Source of the DNA: an uncultured Anaerolineaceae bacterium
GTDB lineage: Bacteria; Chloroflexota; Anaerolineae; Anaerolineales; Anaerolineaceae
Assembly (NCBI GenBank): GCA_964490575.1
Contig: CAZBDC010000002.1
Location: forward strand, 20,698 to 84,697
Reading direction: 5' to 3'
DNA: 64,000 bases
A model generated the notes under the pieces. That model was not told the DNA's origin. It searched no databases and saw only the letters and a list, made by a program, of their open reading frames with translations. The position numbers and the translations under genes were made by a program. Positions 35,894 through 45,118 of the stretch are shown piece by piece. How positions within the stretch are numbered: the first letter of the stretch is position 1; each line of letters opens with the position of its first letter.

Positions 35894-38716
35894 ATGGATA
35901 AGCCATCTTTGCTCGAATACATCACCCAAACGGCCCCCGGAGTCTTAACAGCCGGCGGGACGCGCATGGCATTTTTAGATATGGGAGCCGGGTTCTGGAG
36001 CCTGTACCGCCAGATTGCGAACCTGCTTGGTGAAAAAGCGGCCAACCAAATTTTTCAGCAAGCAGGTGCTAATGGGGGCGCGTCGTACGCCTCAGCGCAG
36101 GGGCAGGCTGGTGAGCCGCAGGGACAAGGGGAGTTATTTGCGCAGTGTTTGCGGGCTTATCAGGCGGCTGGATTCGGCCAGTTCGAGATCGTGGAAGCAG
36201 CCTGGCCGCTTGGGCGGGTGAGGGTGCAGGGGCGAGACACGGTCGAAGCCTGGATGATAACCCGGCATGGCCAGCGTGCTCATGGCCCGGTTTGCACTTA
36301 CACTGCCGGGGTGTTGGTTGGGTTCGTCAACGTGGTCAGTCTCCGGCGGGATGTGGTCTGCATCGAGCGGCGCTGCCAGGCATGTGGAGACGAAATATGC
36401 GAGTTCGAACTGATCCCTGCATCGCAGGCCGAGGGGCATGCCGTCATTGCCTTTACACCCGATCCCACGCTGGGAACGCTTGCCTCCTCCCCAGGCGCCT
36501 TCGCCGAGCCTCATCTGCGCGAAACGCTGGCCCGCTTGACTGAAAACGAGTCCCTCCTGCGCTCGATTGTCGAGAATGCACATCATTTTGCTATCTACCG
36601 TTTGGCGATTGACCGCTCCAGCCCTCACGGCGGACGGGTGACTCTCGCCAGCCCATCCATCCGCGAACTGATAGGCGCGGAGGATTACTATGATTTTGCC
36701 AGTTGGTTCAAGAACCTGCACCCGGAGGACGCGCCGCGCGTGTTGGACGCCAACCGCCGCGCTCTGGAAAACGGCGAACCGTATAATCAGGTGACACGCA
36801 TTTATAACCCTCTCCAGGGGCGCTGGCGTTGGGTACAAACCATTTCCAACCCCGGTTACGACTCTGCCGGGCGTCTGACGCACTTCGATGGTATGGTGAT
36901 TGACTTGACCGAGCAAAAAGAAGCCGAACTGGCTTTGCAGGAAGCCAATGCCACACTTGAACAGCGCGTGCGAACGCGCACTGAAGAACTCGAGCAGCGG
37001 CGAGCTGCCGCGGAAAGCCTGCGCGACATTATCCGCATGATTAACTCTAACCTGCCGCTGGAAGCTCTTCTTCAGCGGGCAGTAGAACTGGCAGCACAGC
37101 AGTTGGGAGCTGGTGGCTCTGTGCTGCATCACATTGATTTGGAGAACGAAGTTATCACCCACGCGGCCAGTCATGGCATGGAGGGCATATTCGACTGGCA
37201 TGACAGCCGCCCGTTTTCAGCGCTCAAGCCTTCAGGTGGAGAAGGTTACTTGAAAGCTATTCTGAACCGCCAGCCGATTTATGGCAACTACCCACCCCTG
37301 CCGGAGCGGGTGGAAGAAATTCGCCGTGATCCCACCATCCCGGAAACCTATAAACGCGAGCGAATTGCTTTGCGGGAACGGTATGCTGGTTCATTTGCTG
37401 TCCCGCTTTACATCCAGGATAAACTCTATGGCGGGATGGTGTTCTACTATACTGAACCGCAAAACTTTCATGAGGAGCAGATTCAACTGGGGTTGGCCTT
37501 CGCTGAACAGGTGTCGGTGGCGCTGGAAAATGCTCGCCTGCTGGAGGAAACTGAACAGCGTCGCCAGGTAGCCGAAAGCTTGCGCGAGACGCTTTCGGTT
37601 TTAAACACGGCGCGCCCGCTGGAAGAAATTTTGCGGCATATCGTGGCGCAGGCCAGGCAATTGCTCGGCGCTCAGGCGGCTGCCGTACACAAGCTTGACC
37701 CGGCTGCGGGGCTTCTCTCCCCGCAGGCTTTGGTAGGGTTTTCCGCAGACTATGCTACGAACATTCGCCTGCCGCTGGGGCAGGGCGCGCTGGGCCAGGC
37801 GATTCTTGCCCGCCAGCCGGTGGCGGTGAATGACACCACACAGGTCTTTGTCGGTCAGCCGGTTTACACTGCTGAGGGGAAAGCTGTGCCGCTGGAAGAA
37901 AGCCTGACAGCTAAACTCCAGCAATTCTCCGATCGGTATGGCGCGGTGCTGGCGGTGCCGATGAGCGTGCAGGGAGAAATTTATGGCGGGCTGGTTTTAT
38001 ATTATCCTGCGCCGCGCAATATCCAGCCGGAGGAAATTGAACTGGCCTCGACTTTTGCCAACCAGGCTTCGCTTGCCATTGAAAATGCCCTGCTGCGGGC
38101 ACAGGCAGCCGAAGGCGCAGCGCTCTCGGAACGCAGCCGCCTGGCGCGCGACCTGCACGACGCGGTCTCGCAGACACTTTTTTCGGCCAGCCTGACCGCT
38201 GAGGTGCTGCCTAAAATGTGGGAGCGCGACCCTGAAATTGCCTTCAAAAAACTGGAGGAACTGCGCCAGTTGACGCGCGGCGCGCTTTCCGAAATGCGCA
38301 CCCTCCTGCTTGAACTGCGCCCCGCTGCTCTGGCCGAGATAGATTTGGCTGACCTGTTGCGTCATCTGGCGAATGCCTTCACCGCGCGGGCTCGTCTGCC
38401 GGTTAATTTAATAATCGAAGGACAGCCCGACCCGCCCGCAGAGATCAAGACGGTTTTTTACCGCGTGGCACAAGAAGCGCTCAACAACATTGCCAAACAC
38501 GCCGCTGCTTCACAGGTTTCCATTCTCCTGTACCGGGGCGAGACCTGGGTCGAGCTGCAGGTGGTCGATGATGGGCGTGGGTTCGATCCGCATCAAATAC
38601 GGGCAATGAGTCTTGGGTTGGGCATCATGCGCGAGCGCGCCGAAGCCATTGGGGCGTGCCTGATCCTTGAAAGCAGCCCCGGCCAGGGAACGCTTGTGAA
38701 ATTGAGGTGGCCGTGA
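35894..38716 (+). CDS. Sensor histidine kinase: V4R-like N-terminal domain, PAS, two GAF-like domains, HisKA_3 and HATPase
   Basis: The N-terminus (GTRMAFLDMGAGFWSLYRQI...CTYTAGVLVGF...CQACGDEICEFE) is V4R/XylR-N-like. PAS segment: FKNLHPEDAPRVLDANRRALENGEPY. H-box: ARDLHDAVSQTLFSA. HATPase: FYRVAQEALNNIAKHA, DDGRGF. No TM segment is obvious. Confidence 0.85.
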   Translation: MDKPSLLEYITQTAPGVLTAGGTRMAFLDMGAGFWSLYRQIANLLGEKAANQIFQQAGANGGASYASAQGQAGEPQGQGELFAQCLRAYQAAGFGQFEIVEAAWPLGRVRVQGRDTVEAWMITRHGQRAHGPVCTYTAGVLVGFVNVVSLRRDVVCIERRCQACGDEICEFELIPASQAEGHAVIAFTPDPTLGTLASSPGAFAEPHLRETLARLTENESLLRSIVENAHHFAIYRLAIDRSSPHGGRVTLASPSIRELIGAEDYYDFASWFKNLHPEDAPRVLDANRRALENGEPYNQVTRIYNPLQGRWRWVQTISNPGYDSAGRLTHFDGMVIDLTEQKEAELALQEANATLEQRVRTRTEELEQRRAAAESLRDIIRMINSNLPLEALLQRAVELAAQQLGAGGSVLHHIDLENEVITHAASHGMEGIFDWHDSRPFSALKPSGGEGYLKAILNRQPIYGNYPPLPERVEEIRRDPTIPETYKRERIALRERYAGSFAVPLYIQDKLYGGMVFYYTEPQNFHEEQIQLGLAFAEQVSVALENARLLEETEQRRQVAESLRETLSVLNTARPLEEILRHIVAQARQLLGAQAAAVHKLDPAAGLLSPQALVGFSADYATNIRLPLGQGALGQAILARQPVAVNDTTQVFVGQPVYTAEGKAVPLEESLTAKLQQFSDRYGAVLAVPMSVQGEIYGGLVLYYPAPRNIQPEEIELASTFANQASLAIENALLRAQAAEGAALSERSRLARDLHDAVSQTLFSASLTAEVLPKMWERDPEIAFKKLEELRQLTRGALSEMRTLLLELRPAALAEIDLADLLRHLANAFTARARLPVNLIIEGQPDPPAEIKTVFYRVAQEALNNIAKHAAASQVSILLYRGETWVELQVVDDGRGFDPHQIRAMSLGLGIMRERAEAIGACLILESSPGQGTLVKLRWP

Positions 38717-38764
38717 ACAATTTCCCTCACCCCTACTTTTTTTAAACGGAAGAAGAGAGGAAAA

Positions 38765-39415
38765 ATGGAGAATCACACGGAAAACAAGATCCGCGTCATG
38801 TTAGTAGATGACCACGCTGTAGTGCGCAGCGGCCTGGCGAACTTTCTGATGACTTGTGATGACATGGAACTGGTGGGCGAAGCCGAAAGCGGCGAGCAGG
38901 CCCTTGCGCGCTGTCCATTGTTCAGGCCCGACGTGGTCTTGATGGATTTGGTGATGCCTGGTATCGATGGGGCGACTGCTACCCGCCAGTTGCGCGAGCG
39001 CTGTCCCGAGGCGCAAGTCATCGTCCTGACCAGTTTTAAGGATGAGGAACTGGTGCAGGGGGCTTTGCAAGCCGGGGCGATTGGCTACCTGTTAAAAGAT
39101 GTGACTGCTGCAGAACTTGCCAATGCCATTCGCGCTGCATCAATGGGGAAACCCACCCTCGCACCGGAAGCCGCCCAGGTGCTCATCCAGGCCACCCGTC
39201 ATCCGGCCGAAAAAATTGGCTTCGATCTGACTGAACGCGAGCGCGAAGTGCTGGTCTTGATGGTTGAGGGCCTGAACAACAGCCAGATTGCCAAACGCCT
39301 GGTCGTCAGTCCCTCGACAGCAAAATTTCACGTCAGCAGTGTGCTGTCCAAATTGGGCGCAGCCAGCCGGACCGAGGCTGTGGCGATAGCTCTGCAAAAC
39401 AAACTGGTGCGGTAA
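38765..39415 (+). CDS. Response regulator, NarL/LuxR family
   Basis: REC domain (VMLVDDHAVVRSGL...DVVLMDLVMPGIDG) plus the LuxR HTH LTEREREVLVLMVEGLNNSQIAKRLVVSPSTAKFHVSSVLSKLG. Confidence 0.9.
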   Translation: MENHTENKIRVMLVDDHAVVRSGLANFLMTCDDMELVGEAESGEQALARCPLFRPDVVLMDLVMPGIDGATATRQLRERCPEAQVIVLTSFKDEELVQGALQAGAIGYLLKDVTAAELANAIRAASMGKPTLAPEAAQVLIQATRHPAEKIGFDLTEREREVLVLMVEGLNNSQIAKRLVVSPSTAKFHVSSVLSKLGAASRTEAVAIALQNKLVR

Positions 39416-39487
39416 GTATTTCGCATCAATCTGCCCAACTGACCAGCCGCCAATCTACCCACTCCGCCGATGCGCGGATAAGGGCGA

Positions 39488-40129
39488 ATGTTCATAGTGG
39501 AGAAAATCGTTATTCGCAGAGGTTCCCCTATGATTACATTTCTCAAGTATCTTTTTTCAGCCACTTTCCTCCCTGAGACGTTTTTCGAGTCCCAACGCGC
39601 TGAGACGTCCTGGCGCAAACCGCTGACACACCTGCTTTTACTCGCGCTGTGGCTTTCAGGTGGCTCTGTCATTGCCTGGGGCGCAGGGCTGCCCGGAGAC
39701 ACGCCGGTCAATTCCTCGCTTGGCGCGCAAATGGACGTGTATCCTTATTGGCGCGATACTCTCTTGCCGCAATATGGTGGGTTATCTTATCTGATGGCGA
39801 TGGGGCTCATTATGCTGGAAATGCTCATTATCTCGCTTATCTGGATTGCGGTTGTATTTCTGGTTTTTCGGTTCCTGGGCGGACAGCGCGAACCCTTGCG
39901 GCTTGGTTTGCTGCACGCTGCACAAGGATTCATTTATGGTCTTTCGCCGTGCGCTTTTGGCGGATTCCTGCCCTATCTTGCCTTGCTGGTAGGGGTCTAC
40001 GCCACGCTTTTGCAATTTTTCCGCGGTCCAGCGATTATCCTGCGAAATAAAACTTTTGTGCCTTACCTTTTCGTAGCTATCTTCCTGGCAATTGCTATCT
40101 TGCGCTATTGGCAGGGCGATCTCTTGTGA
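39488..40129 (+). CDS. Membrane protein (possibly Yip1-like), function unknown
   Basis: About 5 TM helices. An alternative start at 39530 (MITFLKYLF) has an AGAGG RBS. Confidence 0.6.
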   Translation: MFIVEKIVIRRGSPMITFLKYLFSATFLPETFFESQRAETSWRKPLTHLLLLALWLSGGSVIAWGAGLPGDTPVNSSLGAQMDVYPYWRDTLLPQYGGLSYLMAMGLIMLEMLIISLIWIAVVFLVFRFLGGQREPLRLGLLHAAQGFIYGLSPCAFGGFLPYLALLVGVYATLLQFFRGPAIILRNKTFVPYLFVAIFLAIAILRYWQGDLL

Positions 40130-40153
40130 ACTGTCCAACTGACCAGTTGATAT

Positions 40154-40194
40154 TCTCCCCGGTTCGCTAATTTGAGCGGGGAGATTTGCTTTTA
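40154..40194 (+). terminator. Rho-independent terminator
   Basis: TCTCCCCG-N15-CGGGGAGA followed by TTTGCTTTTAT. Confidence 0.6.
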
Positions 40195-40331
40195 TGATGA
40201 AATGCAGCACGACCTGTTGATGAAATGGGCGTAAGGTCATGGATGAAGCCAGGAGATCCTACCCCAGTCCTGCTGGCAACCTTCTGCGACTTAGAAAGTC
40301 GTGTTGTAACCGTTCATTATAGGAGTCACCT

Positions 40332-40730
40332 GTGTTCTACATTAAGTTGTTCGGTTATTTTCTGGCTTCCGCAGCCGTGTTTACCAGTGCCGCAATGGCT
40401 CTGATGGGCGCGCGCTGGCAGGCCGTGGAACAGTCCGCTTATGCGGGCGAACGCCGCCCTTGGTGGTTCATTCTCATCAGCATCCTGCTTCTCGGGTTGT
40501 ACCTTGCTGCCCTGGTCGCTTTTATTCGCGCGCCGGAGAAGACCTGGGCTGGCTGGCTGCTCATGGTCGTGATACCGGTCGGTTGGGGGCTAAAAGGCGC
40601 GCTGGTTATCTTCAACACCAAAGGGCGCCAGATCGTCTCTGCTATCGAGGGCGACCGAAACTGGGTCAAAATTGCCATGGCTCGCCTGCCGATTGCTATT
40701 CTGCTCAGTATCCTGACCTGGCTCGCATGA
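40332..40730 (+). CDS. Small membrane protein, function unknown
   Basis: 132 aa with 4 hydrophobic helices. The start is GTG with an AGGAG RBS. Confidence 0.6.
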   Translation: MFYIKLFGYFLASAAVFTSAAMALMGARWQAVEQSAYAGERRPWWFILISILLLGLYLAALVAFIRAPEKTWAGWLLMVVIPVGWGLKGALVIFNTKGRQIVSAIEGDRNWVKIAMARLPIAILLSILTWLA

Positions 40731-40743
40731 CAGGAGGAATTCT

Positions 40744-41370
40744 GTGTTTCGCCACTTGCTTTGGGATATAGACGGCGTGCTGTTTGACACCCGCCCGGCC
40801 GTCACCTATGCGATCAGCCAATCGCTAAATGAGATGGGGTATGCCATCGCTCTGAATGTGGTGGATGGCTTCGCTCGCCAGTCGTTGGATTACTGTGTAG
40901 CTACGCTCGCGGCGCGCTTCAAGATCGACCCCACTCTGTTGCGCCAGCGCTCCGCTGAACGTTACCAGCAGATTTCGCCTGAACGCCAGATGCCGTTCCC
41001 TGGCGTGCGGGAAGTTTGCGCCTGGGTCGCGTCGCGCGGCGGCCTGAACCTGATTGCCACCGCCCGCAAGATCGAATCTACCCGCGCCCTGCTCAACGCG
41101 CATGGGATGACCACTCTTTTTGCCGAGGTCTTCAGTCTGGAGCAGGGCTATCCCTGCAAGCCGGACCCGGTCATCCTGCTGACTGCGCTGAAAAAATATG
41201 CTCTCGATCCCGCAGAAACCCTGTTGATCGGTCATCGTGAGATCGATATCCAGGCCGGGCAGGCGGCAGGCATAGCAACCTGCCTGTTCGGTGGGGCGGA
41301 GGTCTCCAGCCTGCCCAGTTTGCGTGTGGTTGATTATGTTGCGCTGCTGGCATACCTGCTCAAATCCTGA
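40744..41370 (+). CDS. HAD-superfamily hydrolase (phosphoglycolate phosphatase-like)
   Basis: Motif I LLWDIDGVLFDT. The later motifs IATARK and KPDP...IGHREIDIQAG are also present. The start is GTG with an AGGAGG RBS. Confidence 0.8.
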   Translation: MFRHLLWDIDGVLFDTRPAVTYAISQSLNEMGYAIALNVVDGFARQSLDYCVATLAARFKIDPTLLRQRSAERYQQISPERQMPFPGVREVCAWVASRGGLNLIATARKIESTRALLNAHGMTTLFAEVFSLEQGYPCKPDPVILLTALKKYALDPAETLLIGHREIDIQAGQAAGIATCLFGGAEVSSLPSLRVVDYVALLAYLLKS

Positions 41371-41627
41371 CTGATCTCTATGAGCATTTTGCTGCTGATA
41401 GCCCGTTTTCTAAATCCAACTTGCGTGCCGATCTGCCGGATTTCATCCGCCATTTTGTCCTTCTCCAGATGCCGCTTACCTGTTCCGGGTTATCCAGCAA
41501 GCAGGCGTTAATCTTTCCAAATAGGGCCGGGTTGTCCGCCTGCGCCGAGCCCTTACACATTACCTTATGTTAGAATTCAGTTGCAGAAAGACAATTACGG
41601 AAAGGTTATTTTTCGGGAGGCACACAA

Positions 41628-43562
41628 ATGAATAAAGAATTCCATGTCGCGCTTACCGGGTCTGACCTGGCGGTAGGCGATCGGGCCCATCCGTTTCGGA
41701 CCATCTCCAAAGCGGCGCAGGTCGCGGAGAAGGGCGATAAGGTCATCGTCCATGAAGGCGAATACCGGGAATGGGTAAAGCCTGAGCACAGCGGCTACAG
41801 CGAGATCAGCAGGATCACCTATGAAGCGGCAGAGGGGGAGAAGGTGGTCATCAAAGGTTCCGAACGGATACAAGGCTGGGAGAACCTGGAGGGTACGGTC
41901 TGGAAAGTCGTCCTCCCCAACGCCTTCTTCGGCGATTACAACCCGTACAAGGAGATTCTGAGTGGGGACTGGTTTATGTATAAGCCAGGGATTTACCGCC
42001 ACCCGGGCGAGGTGTACCTCAATGGCATGTCCTTTTACGAGGCCGATTCGCTGGACGAGGTCAAAAACCCAACCATCCGCACTGGGGTCAGCGGCCTGCG
42101 CTGGTTCGTGCCCGAACAACCGATCCTGCACCCCGAGCGGACGGTCTACCGCTGGTTCTGCGAAGCGGATGATGAAAACACCACGATCTACGCGAATTTC
42201 CAGGGGGCGGATCCCAACCAGGAACTGGTCGAGATTAACGTGCGCAAATGCTGCTTCTACCCGCTGAAATCCGGGATGAACTACATCACCGTGCGAGGGT
42301 TCGAGATGGCGCAGGCAGCCAGCCCGTGGACGCCCCCCACCGCCGACCAGCCCGGCCTGTTGGGCGCAAACTGGAGCAAGGGTTGGATCATCGAAAACAA
42401 TATCATTCACGACGCCAAGTGCAGCGCTATCAGCATCGGCAAGGAGGCCTCCACCGGGCATAACCTCGCCACGCGCAGGCATCAGAAGCCGGGCTACCAG
42501 TACCAGATGGAAGCCGTCTTCCGCGCGCTACAGATTGGCTGGAGCAAGGAAAAGATCGGCTCGCACGTTATTCGCAACAATGTCATCTACGACTGCGGGC
42601 AAAACGGGATCGTCGGCCACATGGGCTGTGCGTTCAGCGAGATTTACGACAACCACATCTATAATATCGCCGTCAAGCATGAATTCTTCGGCTATGAGAT
42701 CGCCGGCATCAAGCTGCACGCCGCCATCGACGTGAAAATTTACCACAACCGCATCCACAACTGCACGCTGGGCACCTGGCTGGACTGGCAGGCCCAGGGC
42801 TCACGCATCTCCGGCAATCTGTATTATCACAACGACGCCGACCTGATGATCGAGGTCACCCACGGCCCGCACCTGGTGGATAATAACATCTTTACCTCCG
42901 CCTTCTTCTTCCAAAATGCCGCGCAGGGCGGCGCGTTCGTGCATAACCTGTGCTGCGGCACGGTCAACCTGCTCAAAGTTCTCGACCGTTCCACCCCGTA
43001 TCACTTCCCGCACACCACCCAGGCAGCCGGCACAGCAGTGGTCTACGGCGGCGACGACCGCTTCTATAACAATCTCTTCGCCCCTGCTGCTGGCATCCCG
43101 AACTGCGGCACGGCGGCCTACAATCCGAACACCGCCTCTTTTGAAGAATATGTGGAGAAGGTGTTGAGCCAGGGCGTCGGCGACCTGGAAATGTTCAAGC
43201 GCGTCGAACAGCCGGTGTATATCGCCGCCAACGCTTACTTAAACGGCGCAGAGGGATTCGAGCGCGAGAAAGACGGGTATACCGACAAGGCGTTTGACCC
43301 GGGCGTGAAAATCAGCGAAGAAGGCGATGAGGTGTATCTGGAGATCCACGTAAAGAAGGATCTGCTGGATGTCCCGGCCAAAATTGCTTCCACCGCGACA
43401 CTGGGCACAGTCCGGATTGTGGATGCGATCTTTGACGACCCCAATGGGAAAGCGATCACCTTCGACCGCGATTACCTGGGCGCGAGCAGGCCGGAAAAAC
43501 CGGTGGTCGGGCCAATCGAAGGGCTGAAGCCAGGGCCCAACCGGATTAAGGTCTGGGGCTGA
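41628..43562 (+). CDS. Right-handed parallel beta-helix repeat protein (pectate-lyase fold, DUF1565-like N-terminus)
   Basis: The N-terminus is HPFRTISKAAQVAEKGDKVIVHEGEYRE. Repeats of the form IxNNxIxD/H follow (IIENNIIHD, IRNNVIYD, IYDNHIYN, IYHNRIHN). No signal peptide is seen. Confidence 0.75.
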   Translation: MNKEFHVALTGSDLAVGDRAHPFRTISKAAQVAEKGDKVIVHEGEYREWVKPEHSGYSEISRITYEAAEGEKVVIKGSERIQGWENLEGTVWKVVLPNAFFGDYNPYKEILSGDWFMYKPGIYRHPGEVYLNGMSFYEADSLDEVKNPTIRTGVSGLRWFVPEQPILHPERTVYRWFCEADDENTTIYANFQGADPNQELVEINVRKCCFYPLKSGMNYITVRGFEMAQAASPWTPPTADQPGLLGANWSKGWIIENNIIHDAKCSAISIGKEASTGHNLATRRHQKPGYQYQMEAVFRALQIGWSKEKIGSHVIRNNVIYDCGQNGIVGHMGCAFSEIYDNHIYNIAVKHEFFGYEIAGIKLHAAIDVKIYHNRIHNCTLGTWLDWQAQGSRISGNLYYHNDADLMIEVTHGPHLVDNNIFTSAFFFQNAAQGGAFVHNLCCGTVNLLKVLDRSTPYHFPHTTQAAGTAVVYGGDDRFYNNLFAPAAGIPNCGTAAYNPNTASFEEYVEKVLSQGVGDLEMFKRVEQPVYIAANAYLNGAEGFEREKDGYTDKAFDPGVKISEEGDEVYLEIHVKKDLLDVPAKIASTATLGTVRIVDAIFDDPNGKAITFDRDYLGASRPEKPVVGPIEGLKPGPNRIKVWG

Positions 43563-43657
43563 TTCCCAGCCATAAAGTATCTAGGCCAAGCCTGGCTTTA
43601 CATGGCTGGCTTGCTCCCGCCGGTGTAGAAAATTCAGCCACCTGGCTATGACCAAAA

Positions 43658-43698
43658 GCCCCCGGATGACAGAAGCGCCGGGGGCTGATTATTGTTAT
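43658..43698 (+). terminator. GC-rich hairpin downstream of the beta-helix gene (terminator candidate)
   Basis: GCCCCCGG-N12-CCGGGGGC followed by TGATTATTGTTAT. Confidence 0.4.
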
Positions 43699-43773
43699 GC
43701 TATTGAGAAGAGGCCATCGGAAAGAATGGCTGAGGGAGAAATCGAAACAGGCAAACTGGAAAAGTATCTTGTC

Positions 43774-44351
43774 ATGGAGACCATGAGAAACAATCCGATG
43801 ACTTCCCGAGAACGGGTTCTGGCTGCCATTCGCGGTCTGCTCCTGCTACTCGAGGAGTTTGGCAACCAGGCGTACGCCCTCGAATTGGGCGCAGACATTG
43901 CGATCCTTTCCCCGGCGATCTCCAGCCCGGTCCATTTTCTGGGCTCGATCCGGAAGCGCAGCGGCCGGCTATCGTTCATTGGCCCGTTCGGCAGCGTCCA
44001 TGGGATGTTCTGCAAAGTTACGTGGAGGCGGAAATCGATGTCTTGCAATCGTTCCAGCCGAAAGCGGGGAACGATTTCGCCGCAGCCTTTCGCCAATACG
44101 GCAGCCGGCTGTCATTCGCCACGGGGATCGATGTTCAGCAGGGCGAGTGGCTCAGCCCCCAAGAAGTCCGCCAGGGGATCATCGACAGCGTAGAAATCGG
44201 AAAACAGACTGGCCGGCACATCCTCGCTATGACCCATATGATGCAGTACACGATGCCGAAAGAAAATGTTGAGGCGATTTTCGATACGGTTCGGGCACTG
44301 CAAGGGCAGTTGAAACCGGCTGAGCTGGTCAACAAATTTGTCCGTTCATAG
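43774..44351 (+). pseudogene. Decayed uroporphyrinogen-decarboxylase-like (URO-D family) gene: internal deletion plus frameshift
   Basis: The N-terminus METMRNNPMTSRERVLAAIRG joins directly to a mid-protein segment (..ELGADIAILSPAISSP). The reading frame then shifts by one to ...PWDVLQSYVEAEIDVLQSFQPKAGNDFAAAFRQYGSRLSFATGIDVQQGEWLSPQEVRQGI...HILAMTHMMQYTMPKENVEAIFDTV. The total is about 190 codons, against my recalled length of about 340+ aa for the family. Confidence 0.55.
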
Positions 44352-44491
44352 ATTGCAGAATGTATTTTACTTTTGAGGAGGAAAAATGGATCGCCTGGGT
44401 GCTTGGGATCATCGATGGGCTGGTCTGGGTGTTTGGCATCCTGGGGGTCCTGTTCGCGTAGGAACCTATTTGTAATTGCATGTAGCTGGGG

Positions 44492-44935
44492 GTGTATATG
44501 GTTTCGAATGTGAGTATGATCCATCAACAACGTAAAGCGCCAGGGGTCCAACCCTTATCCTGGCTCCCTTCAGGTTTCGTCATGGTTATCATCGCCGCTC
44601 TGTATTACCTGGCCTATCACTGGTTGATCCCGGCTTATCTCGAACGTACAGGCCAGCCGTACCTGATCGCCTATTTATGGGTGTGGCTGACTTCGATGGG
44701 GACGATATTGGCCATTTCGGTTTCGCTGTATTATCTCGAAGGTCGCCCGTTGAATTGGAAGGCGTTCGCAGTCCGGTACCGCCTGGCGCATATGCCCAGG
44801 AAAGATTGGCTGTGGACACTGGCCGTCCTTACCGTTGCAGTGGGTTTTTATTTTGGGTTTCATGCAACATCCGGGTGGCTCGGCGCTTTTCCGGTCTTCA
44901 GCCCACCTGGATTGGGATCCTGCAGCATGGATTGA
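44492..44935 (+). pseudogene. N-terminal fragment of a CPBP-type protease gene (catalytic motifs missing)
   Basis: LEGRPLNWKAFAVRYRLAHMPRKDWLWTLAVLTV...FPVFSPPGL resembles the N-terminal half of a CPBP subfamily. The ORF stops before any EExxxR/FxxxH/HxxxN motif, and no downstream frame supplies them. Confidence 0.45.
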
Positions 44936-45118
44936 TGAATCTTAGCCTGTTCGTGGTTCTGGTTCTGTGGGTCATTGGGTTATGAATGAAGAACAGGGTG
45001 TAGAAAAATACATCCAGTGGCCTTAACAAAGATTACCCTCCAGTAGGATACCAGATCTTCACTATGGTGTATGCTTTGGTTGACGAACTGGCACGTTCAT
45101 TAGGTCAAAGGGATTTCT

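Noticed and set aside
36134-37201. 355-aa ORF antisense to the V4R-PAS-GAF kinase gene
   Set aside because: The same reasoning applies. The plus strand has a coherent multi-domain kinase and the minus-strand product has no recognisable features.
39431-40146. 15/16-identical direct repeat CTG(C/T)CCAACTGACCAG, exactly 700 nt apart, each just after a stop codon and flanking the membrane-protein gene at 39488-40129
   Set aside because: A back-of-envelope estimate gives on the order of tens of 16-mers with at most 1 mismatch expected by chance among all position pairs in 64 kb. The placement is suggestive, but a single short pair is not enough to claim a cassette boundary.
41378-41560. 60-aa minus-strand ORF in the HAD / beta-helix intergenic region
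   Set aside because: It has no RBS, no recognisable motif and sits at the borderline length. It is possibly debris, but this is not supportable.
41595-42482. 295-aa ORF antisense to the beta-helix protein gene
   Set aside because: It is a shadow ORF. The plus-strand protein has regular beta-helix repeats and a GGGAGG RBS.
43648-44193. 181-aa ORF listed on the plus strand
   Set aside because: It is a composite of intergenic sequence, a terminator hairpin and out-of-frame parts of the decayed URO-D-like gene.
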